DNA of 64,000 nucleotides, taken from the NCBI RefSeq assembly GCF_000150275.1, contig NW_002060960.1, positions 1 to 64,000 on the forward strand, read 5' to 3'. Positions 13,831-28,379 of the stretch are shown in pieces. Under the pieces are notes generated by a model that did not search any database, was not told where the DNA came from, and worked only from the letters and a program-made list of their open reading frames with translations. This DNA comes from Trichoplax adhaerens. Its lineage: Eukaryota; Animalia; Placozoa. The number at the start of each line of letters is the position of its first letter. Position 1 is the first letter of the stretch. Position numbers and translations under genes: made by a program.

Positions 13831-16800
13831 TATTAATGAAATCACTATCGCCACAAAGGTTACTATGATAGAAAGACAATACACAATTTGTAAAATATAC
13901 AATACTATTCTAACTCCACGTTTTGCTTATTATAATTAATGCTGTTACTACTTTTCTACTCCTAGTGATTGAAAACAAAAATTCAAAATTTTATTTTATT
14001 GTAACATAAGCGACATTATGATGAAAGTATATATATATTCATATACATCTGCTAAGGTTGCTGGAAACAGTCATAAAATAAAAACTGTAATAGTAGAAAA
14101 ATACAGAAAATCGCACTGATTCCAGTCAAAATTATGATGAAATTTAATCAACAGCTATAACCAGCCCTTTCTGTTTAATTAAATGAAGGCATGTCAATGA
14201 ATATGACCTAGTGCAAACAAATATTTTGAAGGAGATACAATATAAAGTTCTAATATTGAGATGGGAGTAGATTATTTAGGTATCGCATGTTGGTACATCT
14301 GATTTCGATGCAACAAAATGAGATAGTAGTGATGGAGCTACTAATATAGACGATCATGTAGCGTGCGATAAATACAATTGAAACATTTTTTATTTCCTTA
14401 GCAAAACCTAGTATAGAACAGAGTAAATAAATGATAACATGAACATGAGATAGCCTCAATACCGGCCGTGAAAACAGAAGATATCACATCATACGCATAC
14501 AGTATCTTGATGGCAGTTCAAACAAAAGGACTAAAGATTATACATGGCTGATTCTCAATAAATTTTTTTAGAAATTGCATATCATTCTATCAAATTATCT
14601 TATTTATTCCCCTCTAAAAATAAATTCTTAAAATCGATACGTGATAGTAGTAAGATAGAGTTTATAACATGTGCTTTATTCCTCAAAGCAAGTATTCCTC
14701 TATGGTGGTTAAGGTATACCACCATTGCTAAATTGTGTTTGTAGGAATACCTTGCAAATCAGACAATCATCTAATTATGATTACAATTCCGAGTTTACCC
14801 ACTATAAACTAGTTCAGGTAGATGAAATGATATTTATATTATGGAATAGCGCCGTCTTAATCCATGCATCATTTAATGGCAACAATGAAGAAAATGGATA
14901 TAGAATCAAGAAAAAATTACCATTTTTTGCTTACACGCCTATGTCAATATTGCGCTGATGAATACAGTTGGAAAAGTGAATCTTTGAAGAATTGTTTTAC
15001 ATTAGGTAATAACCGTTTTGAAATGAAAAATGATTATTGACTTATAGTTAGCTATAGAAGGAAAAAATGCCTGACAAAATTATCTTTTTTCAGCCGATAT
15101 GACAATCACGACTGAAAAATAATTGTTACAATCCGGTCGGATTAAATAGAGTTTAATATTAAGAAATAATATCCAATCCTAGTACTCCTATGCTTCTGAA
15201 GATCTCATCAGTTGCTTGTTGACGTTATTGAAGGTTTCTAATTCCATTTCGTATAGGATAAGGTTTATTCTCTCTAGCAAAGATTCATAAACAAGAGATG
15301 ATGCAGTCTAATGAAATCAGCTAGCAGTCACCAAGGTGCGTGCATATAGGACTCTTCTTGCTATGAGTACTTTTGTCTGCCTCATACATTTCTACCATTA
15401 TACATTGATAGCACAGACTCTATTCAGGATTAAAATGGAAAATTTTTATTCTATTCTAGCATTGATTCTATGTTTTCTCAAGACTTTGATCTATACAAAA
15501 TCTCACATCAAACAGTATCAGTTATGCTAAAATCCAATAGGCAATGATGACAATGTCACTTTAATAATATTTTAATTATACGATCAGAATGTCCATGATG
15601 TATTAATAGAATACCGCTGCAGAAGCAAAATTATGATGACCAATATCCTGTAGGCTAATGATACATGCAAAATTCATAATTTAATATCCTGCATATGTCG
15701 TCATGGAGATAAAGGGCCGTAGGAAAGACTTCATTTTCTAATCGGATAAGGCGATTATATATTGAACAAGAATACCATACACCATTGAGCAGGTGCCAGT
15801 GGGCATTATTTAGGCTTTATATAGAGGGCCAAAGTTCTTGTTTATATGAATATAAAGTTGATAATGAGCAGCCCAGAAACAATTTAAAATATTGACTTTA
15901 GCTATAGAATATAACCAAGCTTGCTGTGTAGTGTATAGAAAAAATATAAAATTAATTAACTATAAAACAAATGGAACAGTAATAATGACAATGCTGGTTT
16001 TCACGGATGCTGGAAATATGCAGGAACTGCCATGCCTTGTCTTATTAGTCATTTCCCTGCATTTAGAATTGAAGAAATGAAGGGCATCGATAGAGAATAC
16101 TTGTGAAAGTGAAAGTCAATTTTTTTAGATACTAATTGAAGATAACAAGAAGAAAAACAGTAAAAATTATTTACATATTGCGGTGTCATGTAAATAACAT
16201 GGGGACGGCTACAAAAATTTTAAAAATTTTTGTAAAAATTTTTGTAGGATAGATTGCATAAAGCTATGATCTTAGGCTTAATATGATCGAATTTAGTTCA
16301 GTTACATAGAGATAGAAAAATCTATTGGATGATGTATTTGGATTACCTAAGATTTTATGCATGAATATATGAACAGTAATAGAGTTGCCATAGTCTACAA
16401 GCAATCAGTGAGGAGTAAGATAAACCAAGACATAATTATTCAATTACGTACGTAAACAAGTTTACAGAAATCATACGATATTGAATCAGTACAGCAATAT
16501 AAACATCATAAAATTTTTCATCCTCAGCAGAAAAAATTGCTAATCTATATATGCAATCAGTCAATTAAAACACTGCAAGCTAGTAGTTTAAGATATCATA
16601 AAATAGTTTATGCAAATTTATTACAAAGGTCCAATCTACTAATAGTAATTTCAAATTTGCTTTCAAGGACCATTATACTTCCGACTGCTATGTTGCAATG
16701 AAAGTGCTTAAAGCTCTATTTTTGCCGGAGATATTTAATATTTCGTGCAAAAAACGAATAAAAGAATAATTTCCATTAAATAAAGTGAAGGCAAGTTTTG

Positions 16801-17283
16801 TAACGAAGCTGTCCATCTATGTCCTGCAGCTAACAAGGGCCAAAAGATTTTGTTTCGTCTCATGCTATTATGGAAGAAATTTTAGCTTAACACGAATCCA
16901 TAGGATATTGCATGCAAAAGCTTTGATAATATCTATCTTAGTGGTTGCCACTGCTAGTCTATAATAGGCTCAACCTGTACGCCATTTATTCAATCATTCG
17001 CGCAATATAGCCGTAAAAATATCTTCATAGTTGGTTTAAATCAATAGCCAAAAAATGAATATGATCCATTTTAGGATTATTTATGATTGAGATGACAGCA
17101 TGCAGCTGTGAGAACGCCCACCATTTCATTTTTCATTTGCTTTATAGATACTAGAAAATACAACAATTTTTCCCTCCAAGTGTTGATGATAGCTCGTTGA
17201 ATGTCTACCAATTCATTTTCAGTTGATTTTTGGATACCTAAAAATACAAAAAATTTCCTTTCCTATAGCTAATCACATCCATT

Positions 17284-18249
17284 TTATGTGGTACTACTAT
17301 CCTTCTGATTGTTGACGGCAATTCGTCGAACATCTTGTACGCTACTACTACTAACGGGTATTGGTGATACTTTAGTTAAAGATCGGCCACGTATCCGACG
17401 ACAAAAATTGGTTAAAATTTTACGAAAGGTACTTCTAAACGTGGAATTCATCAAGTTATATATGAAAGGATTAATGCACGAATTAAAGTAGCCAAAAGCG
17501 ACTAAAACATTGAGCGGTTCGCGCATACTGTCGGAGACGGATTTGTCTGTATATTGCATCAAAAAAATGCCATAGATTATAGCAGCTGGTGACCAACATA
17601 ATAATAAACAACAGACAACTAACATAATCATGATAAATGCTCTCTTTTCTTTCTTAATTCTTGCTTGTTTTAAATGACGTAAAGCTCCAGCGACATCTTG
17701 ATTATGCAAAACAATATTCCTCCAGATCAAGGTATAACATATAATGGTGATAGTAGCAATAAACCAAAACCAGTAGAAATGAATGAGTGCAAATCGAATA
17801 TCGTGTGGCCAGTTGAAAACCACTAGGCAAGTTTCCGTAATGGCCAACAACCATAAGGGAGGAACGATATATTTAACTTCCTTCCATGTTAGACGCGGTT
17901 TGTCTGGATAAACGATGCCTCTATAACGATCAATACTTATTACAGCGAGTTGAATTTGTGAAGACGACACCCCGGATAAGGCCAATTCGCCAGCTAAAAG
18001 GGCTGCACGGGGACGAGGATCTTGGAATAGACCAATTAAGGCGATAGGAACCGTAATATCGCAAACGAGTAAATCGGCAATAGCAAGTGATAGGATAAAT
18101 CCATTGGTAGCCGTTTTTAATTTGCGATTGGTTAATATAGCAATACAGACTAAGATATTGCCAATAGTGCCAAAGATGAAAGTAAATGATAATGTCGGGA
18201 TAAGGATTACTTTACTGGTTAAAGATAGATTTCCTGCTACGAGAACCAT
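17284..18249 (-). CDS. Intronless class A (rhodopsin-like) GPCR, 321 aa
   Basis: TM1 GN (GTIGNILV), TM2 LAIADLL, TM3 DRY, TM6 CWSP, TM7 NPFIY, helix 8 FRSTFRKIL. First ATG at 18249 (MVLVAGNLS, N-glycosylation sequon); the ORF-track start is a GTG. Confidence 0.93.
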   Translation of the reverse strand: MVLVAGNLSLTSKVILIPTLSFTFIFGTIGNILVCIAILTNRKLKTATNGFILSLAIADLLVCDITVPIALIGLFQDPRPRAALLAGELALSGVSSSQIQLAVISIDRYRGIVYPDKPRLTWKEVKYIVPPLWLLAITETCLVVFNWPHDIRFALIHFYWFWFIATITIICYTLIWRNIVLHNQDVAGALRHLKQARIKKEKRAFIMIMLVVCCLLLCWSPAAIIYGIFLMQYTDKSVSDSMREPLNVLVAFGYFNSCINPFIYNLMNSTFRSTFRKILTNFCRRIRGRSLTKVSPIPVSSSSVQDVRRIAVNNQKDSSTT

Positions 18250-20589
18250 CTTGGAAATGAGCTTGTCTTGATGAATAAAAAGGGTAGGAAGGATTTCAAG
18301 CACTTTTATAACGGTTTCTGCTCGAGAATAAATCTCCCAATCAATGACCGCGACGAACTACCTTAGAATGAATCAAATTGGTGATCACCACCTAATTCCT
18401 GTTGCGTAATCTGTTGAAGAAGATAAATGTTACTATGAAAGGCAGTCAATATTTCCCTGGGTAGGTTACGTAAATATTCTTGCGGTCTTTTATCGTTTAG
18501 CCGGTAATATTAATTGTATTAGGACTGATAAGAATTTATTTCTGTATATGTCAATTGAATGAGACGAAAGCAAAAATAAAATGACTTGAGCTGGATTAGA
18601 GAGTGGAGATAAGAAACTGTTCATACTAAAATTGACGCAGTCATGTTAAGATTATCAGTACCTGAAAGTTGACTGTTTTTAATAGTAGCAAGTAGACAAA
18701 TTGACGAGATGATGCTATTCAAATTGCTATTCGTAATCGCATTTACTGGAATCTTGGTGACATAGGTGGTAACCATCAGACAGATGTTAAAAATTATATT
18801 GAACTTGAGGGCTTGCAATCGCTACGACGGGAAGTTTAGTAATCTGTATAGCTGTATAGCTGTATAGCACCCTTGAGAAAGCGATGCGATCAATCCGTGA
18901 CAAGCTAAACTAGATATGAGATAATTTCAATCTGTTTAAGCTAATATATAGTTAAAAGAGGATAAATAAAACATTAAAGGTAAAAGGGTAAAACATAATT
19001 TTTCCATCTAATTATGATAATAATGTAAGAATAAAATTACTTCAACGGCATATTCATTACAGATCTAAAAATATCATCTATTCACTTTATTGTCTTCATT
19101 GAATGGGAAATATAACGATGGTTCAATTCTAACCAATTAAATTAATATTAAATAAAATCATGTAGGAAAAGAAAGGATAAAATATTCATTTTAATAGCTA
19201 TTGAGAGTAGATTTTAATTTTTCAACTGGTTTTCGGGCTAATTGATGGCCAAACAATGGCTAATTAATTAAAATGGAAGTGAACAAGGCGAAGAGGCGGT
19301 CTTTGATGCTATCGATTTTTAAAGCCAAACCTACTCTATAATCAGCTGGACAATATATTATTTATATCCACCTATTCTATTATGATAAAACAATATAGCA
19401 GAGACAGATTGGATACCCAGAGTATGATTCAACCAATTCATATTCTGGTAAAATCAAGTTGAAGTTTTATTGATGATTATAATAAAAATGAGCATGATCA
19501 CCTAATGACAGTAATTGGCGTTGGGTTAAAACGTAGGCTAGCCTTGTTTTACACGCATTGAAATATTATTCTTGTTCATTAAGCTTATTCTAGTTCGTAA
19601 AGCTTACTCGACAGAAATATCGTCGTTGAATTAAGTCTGTTACTAAATCGATCAAGAAGTAAATAAAAAAATAGTATCCTACCATTGAAAAAGTATCTAG
19701 TCATTTGGGAAACGGAAAATAAACCGAAAGTAAAACAATTTATACCACAACGACAAATCAGTTTTCCATTGAAATATCAACATGTCATTCAGATTTTAAT
19801 CTACATCTCATTCGTTCCCTCATTATTGTAAGGACTTTTCATATTCCTTATTTCGTCAGCTGAGGAAAGTAAACTTGTCTTAAAGTTATAGATTAACACT
19901 AATATCCGTAAGAATAACAGTAAGCCTAAATCCAGTTCTGATAACTGCAAAAAGGGGGAAAAAGCACTTTATTATCGTAATTGTTCTTATAAAATCATCA
20001 TCAGCTGCGTGTATTAATTGTTACTGATGGATTATAATTCTACTCAAGCGAATAACAACAATTTTCATGTGATTGGATAATAATAGCGAATATTCAATGG
20101 ATTGAGAGTGTGCCTCTTAATACTACAATCAAATCTTCAAAGTTATACAATTATTGAAGAAGATCATGATCCACTTGGATGATCGACATTATTGCATAAT
20201 TGTAAACTATTCACCTTAGCCATGCTGTTACAACTGTAGCAGATCCTTCTGAGATTGGATGCTGCACTGTCCTCATCGGACAAAGTAATATTCATTTTAA
20301 TTAATATTTTAAGGCCTAAGTTTACTGTTACTGAATAGTAACAGTACTCAAAGGCAATCAATAGAATGTTGGCCTGAAATAAAGCACTATATTTATTGTC
20401 ACTATAAACGTTCTATTGCTCTTAAACGTGCTAGTGATTTATTAATCATTTGCATAAAGCTAACAATTCAATACTGTAGCTTAGTTAACTGATCTAAGGC
20501 AGAGGAGATGGAATATCAATTTCTTCTTCGTTTTTCTTAACAAGAACAATTTATTTCATCCAACAGTATACTATAAAGAACCATGAAAT

Positions 20590-21150
20590 GCTATGAGTGT
20601 AAATAATGATACATCATATCTAAATTATATATAATTTTAAAATTAAATATTTGAGCCGATGATTCTCGTTTGACATCCGCATTAAAGAGAATATTGGTGT
20701 GTTTTTCACGCTAGCACATTCATTTCCCCTCAGTATATGATCAAGAGCAAATTATTTCATTTAATAGTATAATAAAAAGAGTTATGGCACGCTATGGGTG
20801 TAAATAAGGAAATATTATATATAACTTATTTCTGATTTCAAAATTGAATAATATTATTAAGCAAATGAGCCTCGTTTGATATTTGCTTTAAAATGAATAT
20901 TTGCGTATCTCTTCCTGAAGGTATATTTATTTTTCCGCAATGTATGATCAAGAAAAATTAATTCCATCTCATAATATACTAAAATAGAGCTATTGAACGC
21001 CATGGGTGTCAATAAGGATACATCTAGGTAAATTATTTATGATTTTAAAATTGAATATTGGAGCAATTAATTCTTTCTGGATGTCCGATTTAAAATGAAT
21101 ACTTGCATGCTCTCTAACGATAAGTTATCCATTATCTCACTATTTATGAT
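20590..21150. repeat. Three diverged ~205-bp tandem units
   Basis: gcYatgRgtgtMaataa at ~20590, ~20791 and ~20999, each followed by aaaattRaata...taaa..gaata.t.g...t.tatgatca. Confidence 0.85.
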
Positions 21151-24100
21151 CATTTAATTACAAAAAATTTATAACGAAGACCGCAATTTAATGGCATAGA
21201 CACCGTTAGAAAATAAGTATTTCCTACCCTATTGATATTTATCGTAGATTATAAATGACGAAATGATGCCTATAAACGAAGGGAAATTACCCAATAAGGA
21301 AACAGAATGATCCTATATTGCTCAATCTTGATTGACAGTACGATAATATTTTGTCGCAGTTGCATCAATATTCTAGCCTACTCCTTTTGATCTATTAAAA
21401 TAAACTTTTTGTTATTATCAACCGTAGTAATATTACCTGATAGAAAATGACTCAAAAGTATCTTACGTTTTGAGCTGACCATTCTAAGTTAGTGTCAAAA
21501 TATGTAAAATGGGTATTATTAACAATGTTAATTAAAGGTATATAATAGAACGAGACAGCCTTTCATCGATTACTCTATGAAAGGTGGTACTCTAGGAACT
21601 CAATAAGATGGAGATAGATCAGTGTTTAGATAAATTGAAATTAGGCTGCTTTAGTAGTCACGTACGCGTTGTAATCAAAGAGATTGAGATAATGATTGAG
21701 TTGGCCTAGTGGTTATTTAATAAAATCATCACTGGCTAACTATGGCCAAGATAGCTTGCAAATAGGCATAGAATTAACCACACGCACAATCAGTTATAAA
21801 AGTGGGAATAACTTGGTATTTTGTTTTCATCGTCATGCGATCATTGATATATATTAAAGAGTAATATAATGTATTGATCGCACGCGCTTAAAAAATGCAG
21901 TTATTATTACTTTTAGAGCAAGAAATGCGGTAATAACTTCATTATTATTTCGCAAGGCTTTCTAAAGATTATTCCATCTTTTATGCTATCCATAGAGTAA
22001 ACTATTGAAATTTATGATTTTTTTTGTAGCTCCACCGATTCATCAGGCGGCGTTAAAAGTACTGTAATACGCTCATTGTATCAAATTTAAATTATTAGTG
22101 AGGGGATATTTCTAGTTGAGGTGACACTGAAGGTAAATAATCTTTCACTATAATATTGCTGTTGTTATGGAAATAACGATACTCTCATATGCATCAATAG
22201 TAATACTTTTAATATGGGAATATTGAGTAATACTAAAGGATGCCAGGCATGGGTTATTGATTGTTGACTGGTATAATAATTAAATATTAATAATTAATTT
22301 GCACTTATACTCATGCATGATAATTAAATAGTAAGATTGGTAAAAAATACTTTATCGCAGTCTATGATCTATTAGCTAGAAATATGATTAGTGCTGTCTA
22401 ATGAGAATGAAAAGTGTCAGCAACAGTGATAATTTTCAATAAATTAGGATTGGTAAAACCCAAAATCGGGATCAATATTACTTCTCTAAACTTCTTAATC
22501 TCGGATTTTATACAAGTAAATAATATTGAGCAATAATTTGAACTTGTATCTCGTTATGCAAATATGAAGATAATAGAAACAAAGGCATACTAGTATAGTA
22601 TAGCTAAATTACAACTAGTTCATCTAACGAAAACAATTTATATATTTAGACTGCCTAGCAGATCATCAGATACTCAGAAAATCAGCATATTCTAAATACT
22701 TTTTCATCGTTAGTTTTAACAGTGTAAAGTCTTAGCTAGAGTATTCTTGAAACATTACTTTAAGTAATAAATTGGTTTACTTATTAAACTTTCAAAGGAA
22801 CAAACAGAAAGAATTGAATAAAAAGTTGGAATTTGCTTACTTTAGTGGGCTTTTAGGTTAAGTATAGACTAGCTGCATCTCTTTCCAGAATTGCGGCCTA
22901 GATATTCAGTTTAATATTATTTTTACAAGATTTTGTATCATTGAATAAGTATTTTATCGCTAACTTTAAATTTTAATTTATTTGGTAGGTTAATTATGCT
23001 ACTATTGGTTACATATGAGTATCTAAGCTTGTATTTAAATGCCCAATTCTATGGGGTAATATTTTGTATCATTTTTTAAATCTTGTTGACAATTTTATCA
23101 TCAACATAATATTTACAAGACCATAAAAGATTGAATGGATATCTGCTATGCTAATAATAATAAACTAGCTACGTAGATGTTATTTTACACAACTAAATAC
23201 GTTCATAATAAAAATAAAAGCTATTACGTTCCGATTTAAGAAGAAAATATAATATCAGCTTATTATAAATAACTCTTGGTTAAGAGAAATTCTATTTCGG
23301 TTAGTTATAAATGTTTTAGCAGTGAGGCTTATTACGGTACCTATCATTTCTACTATATACATAACTCTGAGATTCATAGAAATCAGTGATTCTGTCATCG
23401 TTGACAGATACTAGGTATCAAGTTACTAAATTGCGATAGATGTATTTTTAAAACGTTCATATGGCTCTTTAGTGTAGTATAATTTTCTTCTGTTAACTTG
23501 CAAATTAGACTATTTTAATGGAGTAGTATTTGGCTCATGTATGAAATTGTACAGTAACGTTAATATTAAAGTTTCGCGTACTTCTTCTAATCATTTAAGT
23601 CATGTTTTAGGAAAAAATACTTTTTATTACTCTATTTTTACTCTATTCTGACGGCCAAGTGTTATACTAAGTTAGCTATGATAGGATTAGCAGATTTCAA
23701 TTTGTAATATTTCCGCTCTTAGAATCTCTCACTAATTTGTTCGGTCTGTAATACAACTGTATTGGGACGTGATCATACTAGCCTTGGAAAAAAATAGGAG
23801 TGGATGATTAATAAACTCAAGTATCTAAAATGTAATAAAAGCTTACTATTAATATTTTAATTTCGTCAGACGTGATATGAGTATACCTATCAAATCTTGA
23901 ACTATACGTAAGATTTCAAATTCGTTAAAGACAGACAGCTGAAATCAGAAGCACATTTCGTATAAAAAAGTAATATCTTAATGGAATAATATTAAACTTA
24001 ATTATCTAGAATACTGAGATGGATCATTTTAAGAGCAGTTTCCTTAAAATTGATCTTTCAAATAGAAATCTTATAAGACCGAATATTGGTCAATGGCAGA

Positions 24101-26419
24101 TAGACAGACACTAGATCTAGCACTATATCACATCCTTATTAGTAAACCAAATTGTCAATATCTCGAAATTGTATAACAGGCTGATATTCTGTAAGTAACA
24201 TGATTTGAATCTTAAATTTACTCTGTAAAGGATCAGAAATATTTGTTGACGATCGGTAATAATCTTTACTGTAAATAGTATTACTGCATCGAAGTATTTT
24301 AAATTAATTATTAATTATTTGACGGTATCCTAAAGGAGTCATTAGTAGCCATACCATTTCAAGATACAACATTATGTTTATATGTATTTACAGATTATAG
24401 AATAACAGAAAGAAGATAACTTGTAATTACTGCCCCATATCAAAACGGCATAAAATTAACATCAAGTACTTAAGAAAGATAAATCGATTGATTTAAAATA
24501 ATGAGTTGACTAGACAGAGAATATACGAACCTTAATGTTAATACTATCATTGATTGGATAGATTGTATGAAATATTTCAATTACATTACTTATTAATTAG
24601 TTTTGAATTTATTGCAGCAATTATTGCATGACATGAAGATTTGATCAATTTTATAAATTTAATTTTAATATCTCTTAAATTAAATTTAACCAAAGTAACA
24701 TTCAGTCGGTAATGTATTGTACTTGTCTATTTATAAGCATATCATCATCAGCCTATTTTGGAGTAGAATTCTTGTTACCATACTAAAGATAGCTTTAATG
24801 AAAAAATTTGAATACATTATAATTATAATTTTTACGCAAATTTGAATGCATTGATGGATATTTCATACCATACTAATAATAAATTAGATTAAGGTAGATA
24901 TGATTTTGTACATGTACTAATTCAAGTTTTTTGGGAATTGTTTAAGATACTATGGCTTAGCCTTTAGACAATTTTACGTGAAATGAGAAATGTACTTATA
25001 CGCAAAGGCTATAAACAATGAGCTACAGTTGGCAGTTGGGATAACTTCAAGACAATTCAGTTCTAGAAAATTTAGATAGGCATATTACTGAACACTACTA
25101 TTAGAATTTATTGACTAATTGCTTACATTTAGCCTAATTACTATTAATATTACTTCTCCCTGTAACCTAAAAATCTATTTATATAAAATAGTCTCCACTG
25201 CCATAATTTAAAACTTGCAAATTCATTTAGGGGTGTAATGATGAACAACTCAATTTAGTTGTATTAATTTAATTATTACTGATGAGACAAAATTAGATTT
25301 ATTAAAATTAATATTCTGGCCTGTCATGGCATAATATTATCTAAATTACGATTATTATTTACAAAACCATCCAAGGTCACCCTTTGAATAGATTAGATAG
25401 TGATAACATTATTCGATTAATTTAGTAATAGAAAATTTCATATTAAAATTATTGCATCAAAGCTTACATCTTACCGGTTTAATTATCTATCAGTATAGAA
25501 ATGCATCTTTAAGTTTTACATTTAATACGGCGATTCTCATTAGAAATACTAAACTTTCATTAAAATGCATTGCATAATATACCTCAACTTTACTATATCG
25601 TCCGGCCGCCTACACATTCTGTTTCGGGGAAAAGCTGCCAATATCAATGCAAGATTTAATTAATATTCAATATTAAGACGGTTTGTGATTTAGTATCTTG
25701 TACCGCCTCTCTTTGACTTGATAATACCAAATAGCACATCCGTAAATGAAAACTATCTACACAAAGTTTTGATCCTTTAACGTTATATAGTCTGCCTTAA
25801 TTTACTAACGACCATAAACTTCAGATTATTTGCAATATTCACCTTTTACATAAAATGATAGGTATAATGTAGGTATTCTCTCAGTATTATCTCCCAAATT
25901 CACTAGCAAGAGAATTTCTGATATTCCCCATATTCACATTAATAACATATCGTACCTAGCAAGAGTTTATATTTGTTTACTTGCATTTTATTACAAACTG
26001 CATTGATACATAGATATTTACAATAGATTGATCGCTTTACTGTCAATATCAATCTTTAGCAGCCGCGCTTTTCTATTTGTTTGCACTAGCAGCTGCTAGA
26101 GAGCATTTCTCATAATCAATTTCGAAGCCGTAGCAATTCCTAATACATCAGCAAAATATTCACTGCTCAAAGTCTGTTTCTAGCAGTAGGTACGTTGCTA
26201 TTCAACTACTGTTGCTATGCTAAAGCTAAAGGACACAGCATCGATAGGTCAGTTAACGATACTTTTAAAATAAAAAAAATGTGGTATATAAAACCCTTTC
26301 CAAAGGAGAATACTTTTAGCAAACGACCACCAAAGATGATGATTAAATACTATGTGATGCCTGACATGAGCTTGCATTATAGTCTATCAACTGTCGTCTG
26401 TTGACTGTATAACCAATTT

Positions 26420-27938
26420 TTATATAACATGATGATCAGTATCACATTTGATGCAGCAGCCATCTTGTAACATACCACACAAAATAGCTGCTAAGTTTTC
26501 GGCGCGCTGGAAACCATGAAGAAAACGGCCCTCATACGCTATCTGAAATTTATGTAACATGTCTGAAATAGTTGGAAAACGATGATAACCATAACATTTC
26601 CGGAAAATAATAGGCAAATCTATCCAATGTTCAATCCATAGAGGTATTGCTACTTTTTCCCTTCTACATTGCGTCAAAAATAGCTCGATCGTACCCTTAC
26701 ATCTATAATAGTAGCATAAATTGAAAATCAGCTTAAAAGCTGCCTTTTACTATTGACTATTTTCTGAGTATTTATATTTTAGTGTTTCCAAATGCTTTAC
26801 GGATATATTAGATGCATGGATAATCGTAGCCATATTAAAAGCTATTTATACATGCCAAATAGCGCATGCAGTATAAACAAAGACTGGACTTACGAACTGG
26901 TGACCATTGAGAAATTATTTCTATTACTGGTAGCGTTGCATAGCCAATTGAGAAAAAGATGATGTACTGTTGCAAAGTCACTAGCTTTATCGACCACTGC
27001 CTTAGTAGTTAAGCGGTTAAATCAGTTCTAAAGCTATAAATTATCCTATACTTTTGATAATCATCACAAGGTAGTTGTACTATAAATGTTGATATGATAA
27101 ATCAGATATGCTACATAATGCTTTCATTAAATAATATCAGCCGCTACCAATAAAGGTAGCAAATTAGCAATTGAGTGCATAACTGAACATTTACTAACAT
27201 CCATGGATCGATGCTCTGATTTCAATGACTGGCTTACAAAATAAACATTTCATTTTAACGACTGTAAGCTAAGTTATTGCATTCAAAAACTGTATAACTG
27301 TGTAATAATTACACAGCAGCGATACTGTAAATAATCTTTTCTATTACATTATCTAGCATAATCTTGTTCTTTTACAGCAGTATCCCTATAGCCTTGGATT
27401 TATCTAAAAGGAAAGCTTATGCTTCCTAGGCATCATGAAATTAAACTTGTCTATAGATTAAGATCAGTTTGCTATAGATTACTTCTTTTTGCATAATCTA
27501 TGACGATCAGAAATTACGTAATGAGGGCTGTTAATCTGAATAGAATAGTACGTATACGAAATAATCTCGCTTACAACGAAGGATTAAGATTAATACGTTT
27601 AAAATGATAGTATTTCCATGTCAAATTAAATGCAGTATTAAGTGTTTATCTTGTTATTAATAGTATTAAGTTACTACCTGTACAACTCCTGTTGTCTCCT
27701 GGCAGTATTCGCTCAAAATTGGATAGATTCTAGGGCGACAATAGGCGTGAAATTCTTCCTCTTTTAAGCAATTACGGCTATTTATTAAAATTGCTGAGTA
27801 TTCAATCACTTCAGGTATAAATGTAGGCGGCTGCTGAGGTAAGCATGATCCTTCAAGGTAAAAGATCACGTAGCAATCAAATTGATTGGTAGATTTAATT
27901 CCGTTCTTGGCTCTTAAACGTGCAGATCTCTCCGACAT
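26420..27938 (-). CDS. ERI1-family (ERI1/2/3-like) DEDDh exonuclease-fold protein, predicted catalytically dead, 216 aa
   Basis: Exons 27938-27678, 27000-26894 and 26702-26420 with GT-AG introns and an open frame. Family motifs EVIEY, EFHAYCRP.I.P.LSEYC...TG, QC......P.W...WIDL, YEGR..HG...A.N.A.IL..MLQDG are present. ExoI D>Y, ExoII D>G, ExoIII H>L and D>R. Confidence 0.85.
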
Positions 27939-28379
27939 TGTTGCGATCCTACAAATAAAAATTATCATTGATGTAAAGACGGAATAAAAGATAATGTAAT
28001 TTATGGACGGATTAAATATGATCAGATAACTTGTGCTATGATAATACGTAGAGTAGTAAAGCTGCTAATGAAGTTTTTTTCATTTATTGCGATACAATAC
28101 TAATTTCTGACCTAAATTTCATCAGCAGATGATAGATGATCTAGAAATGAAATCATCAATGAACGTTCTGTTCTTTATAAACAGCAGACGTAACCGCGTA
28201 AGCCTAGACCGATTAGTTTCCTTGCCATAAAAGCTATCGAGTATTTGTCGTCATCAATGCAACGCCGTCAACTATGAAATTGTTCGAAATGGTCATTTTA
28301 TATGTACAGGCTGATGCCAGAGTTGATATGAATAAACTGATACTTATCGTGATTTTTTAAATCGATCATTAAGCTTCAT

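Noticed and set aside
7508-16080. Numerous 60-80 aa ORFs in the track
   Set aside because: Low-complexity I/L/Y/N-rich translations typical of random AT-rich DNA, with no motifs or exon support
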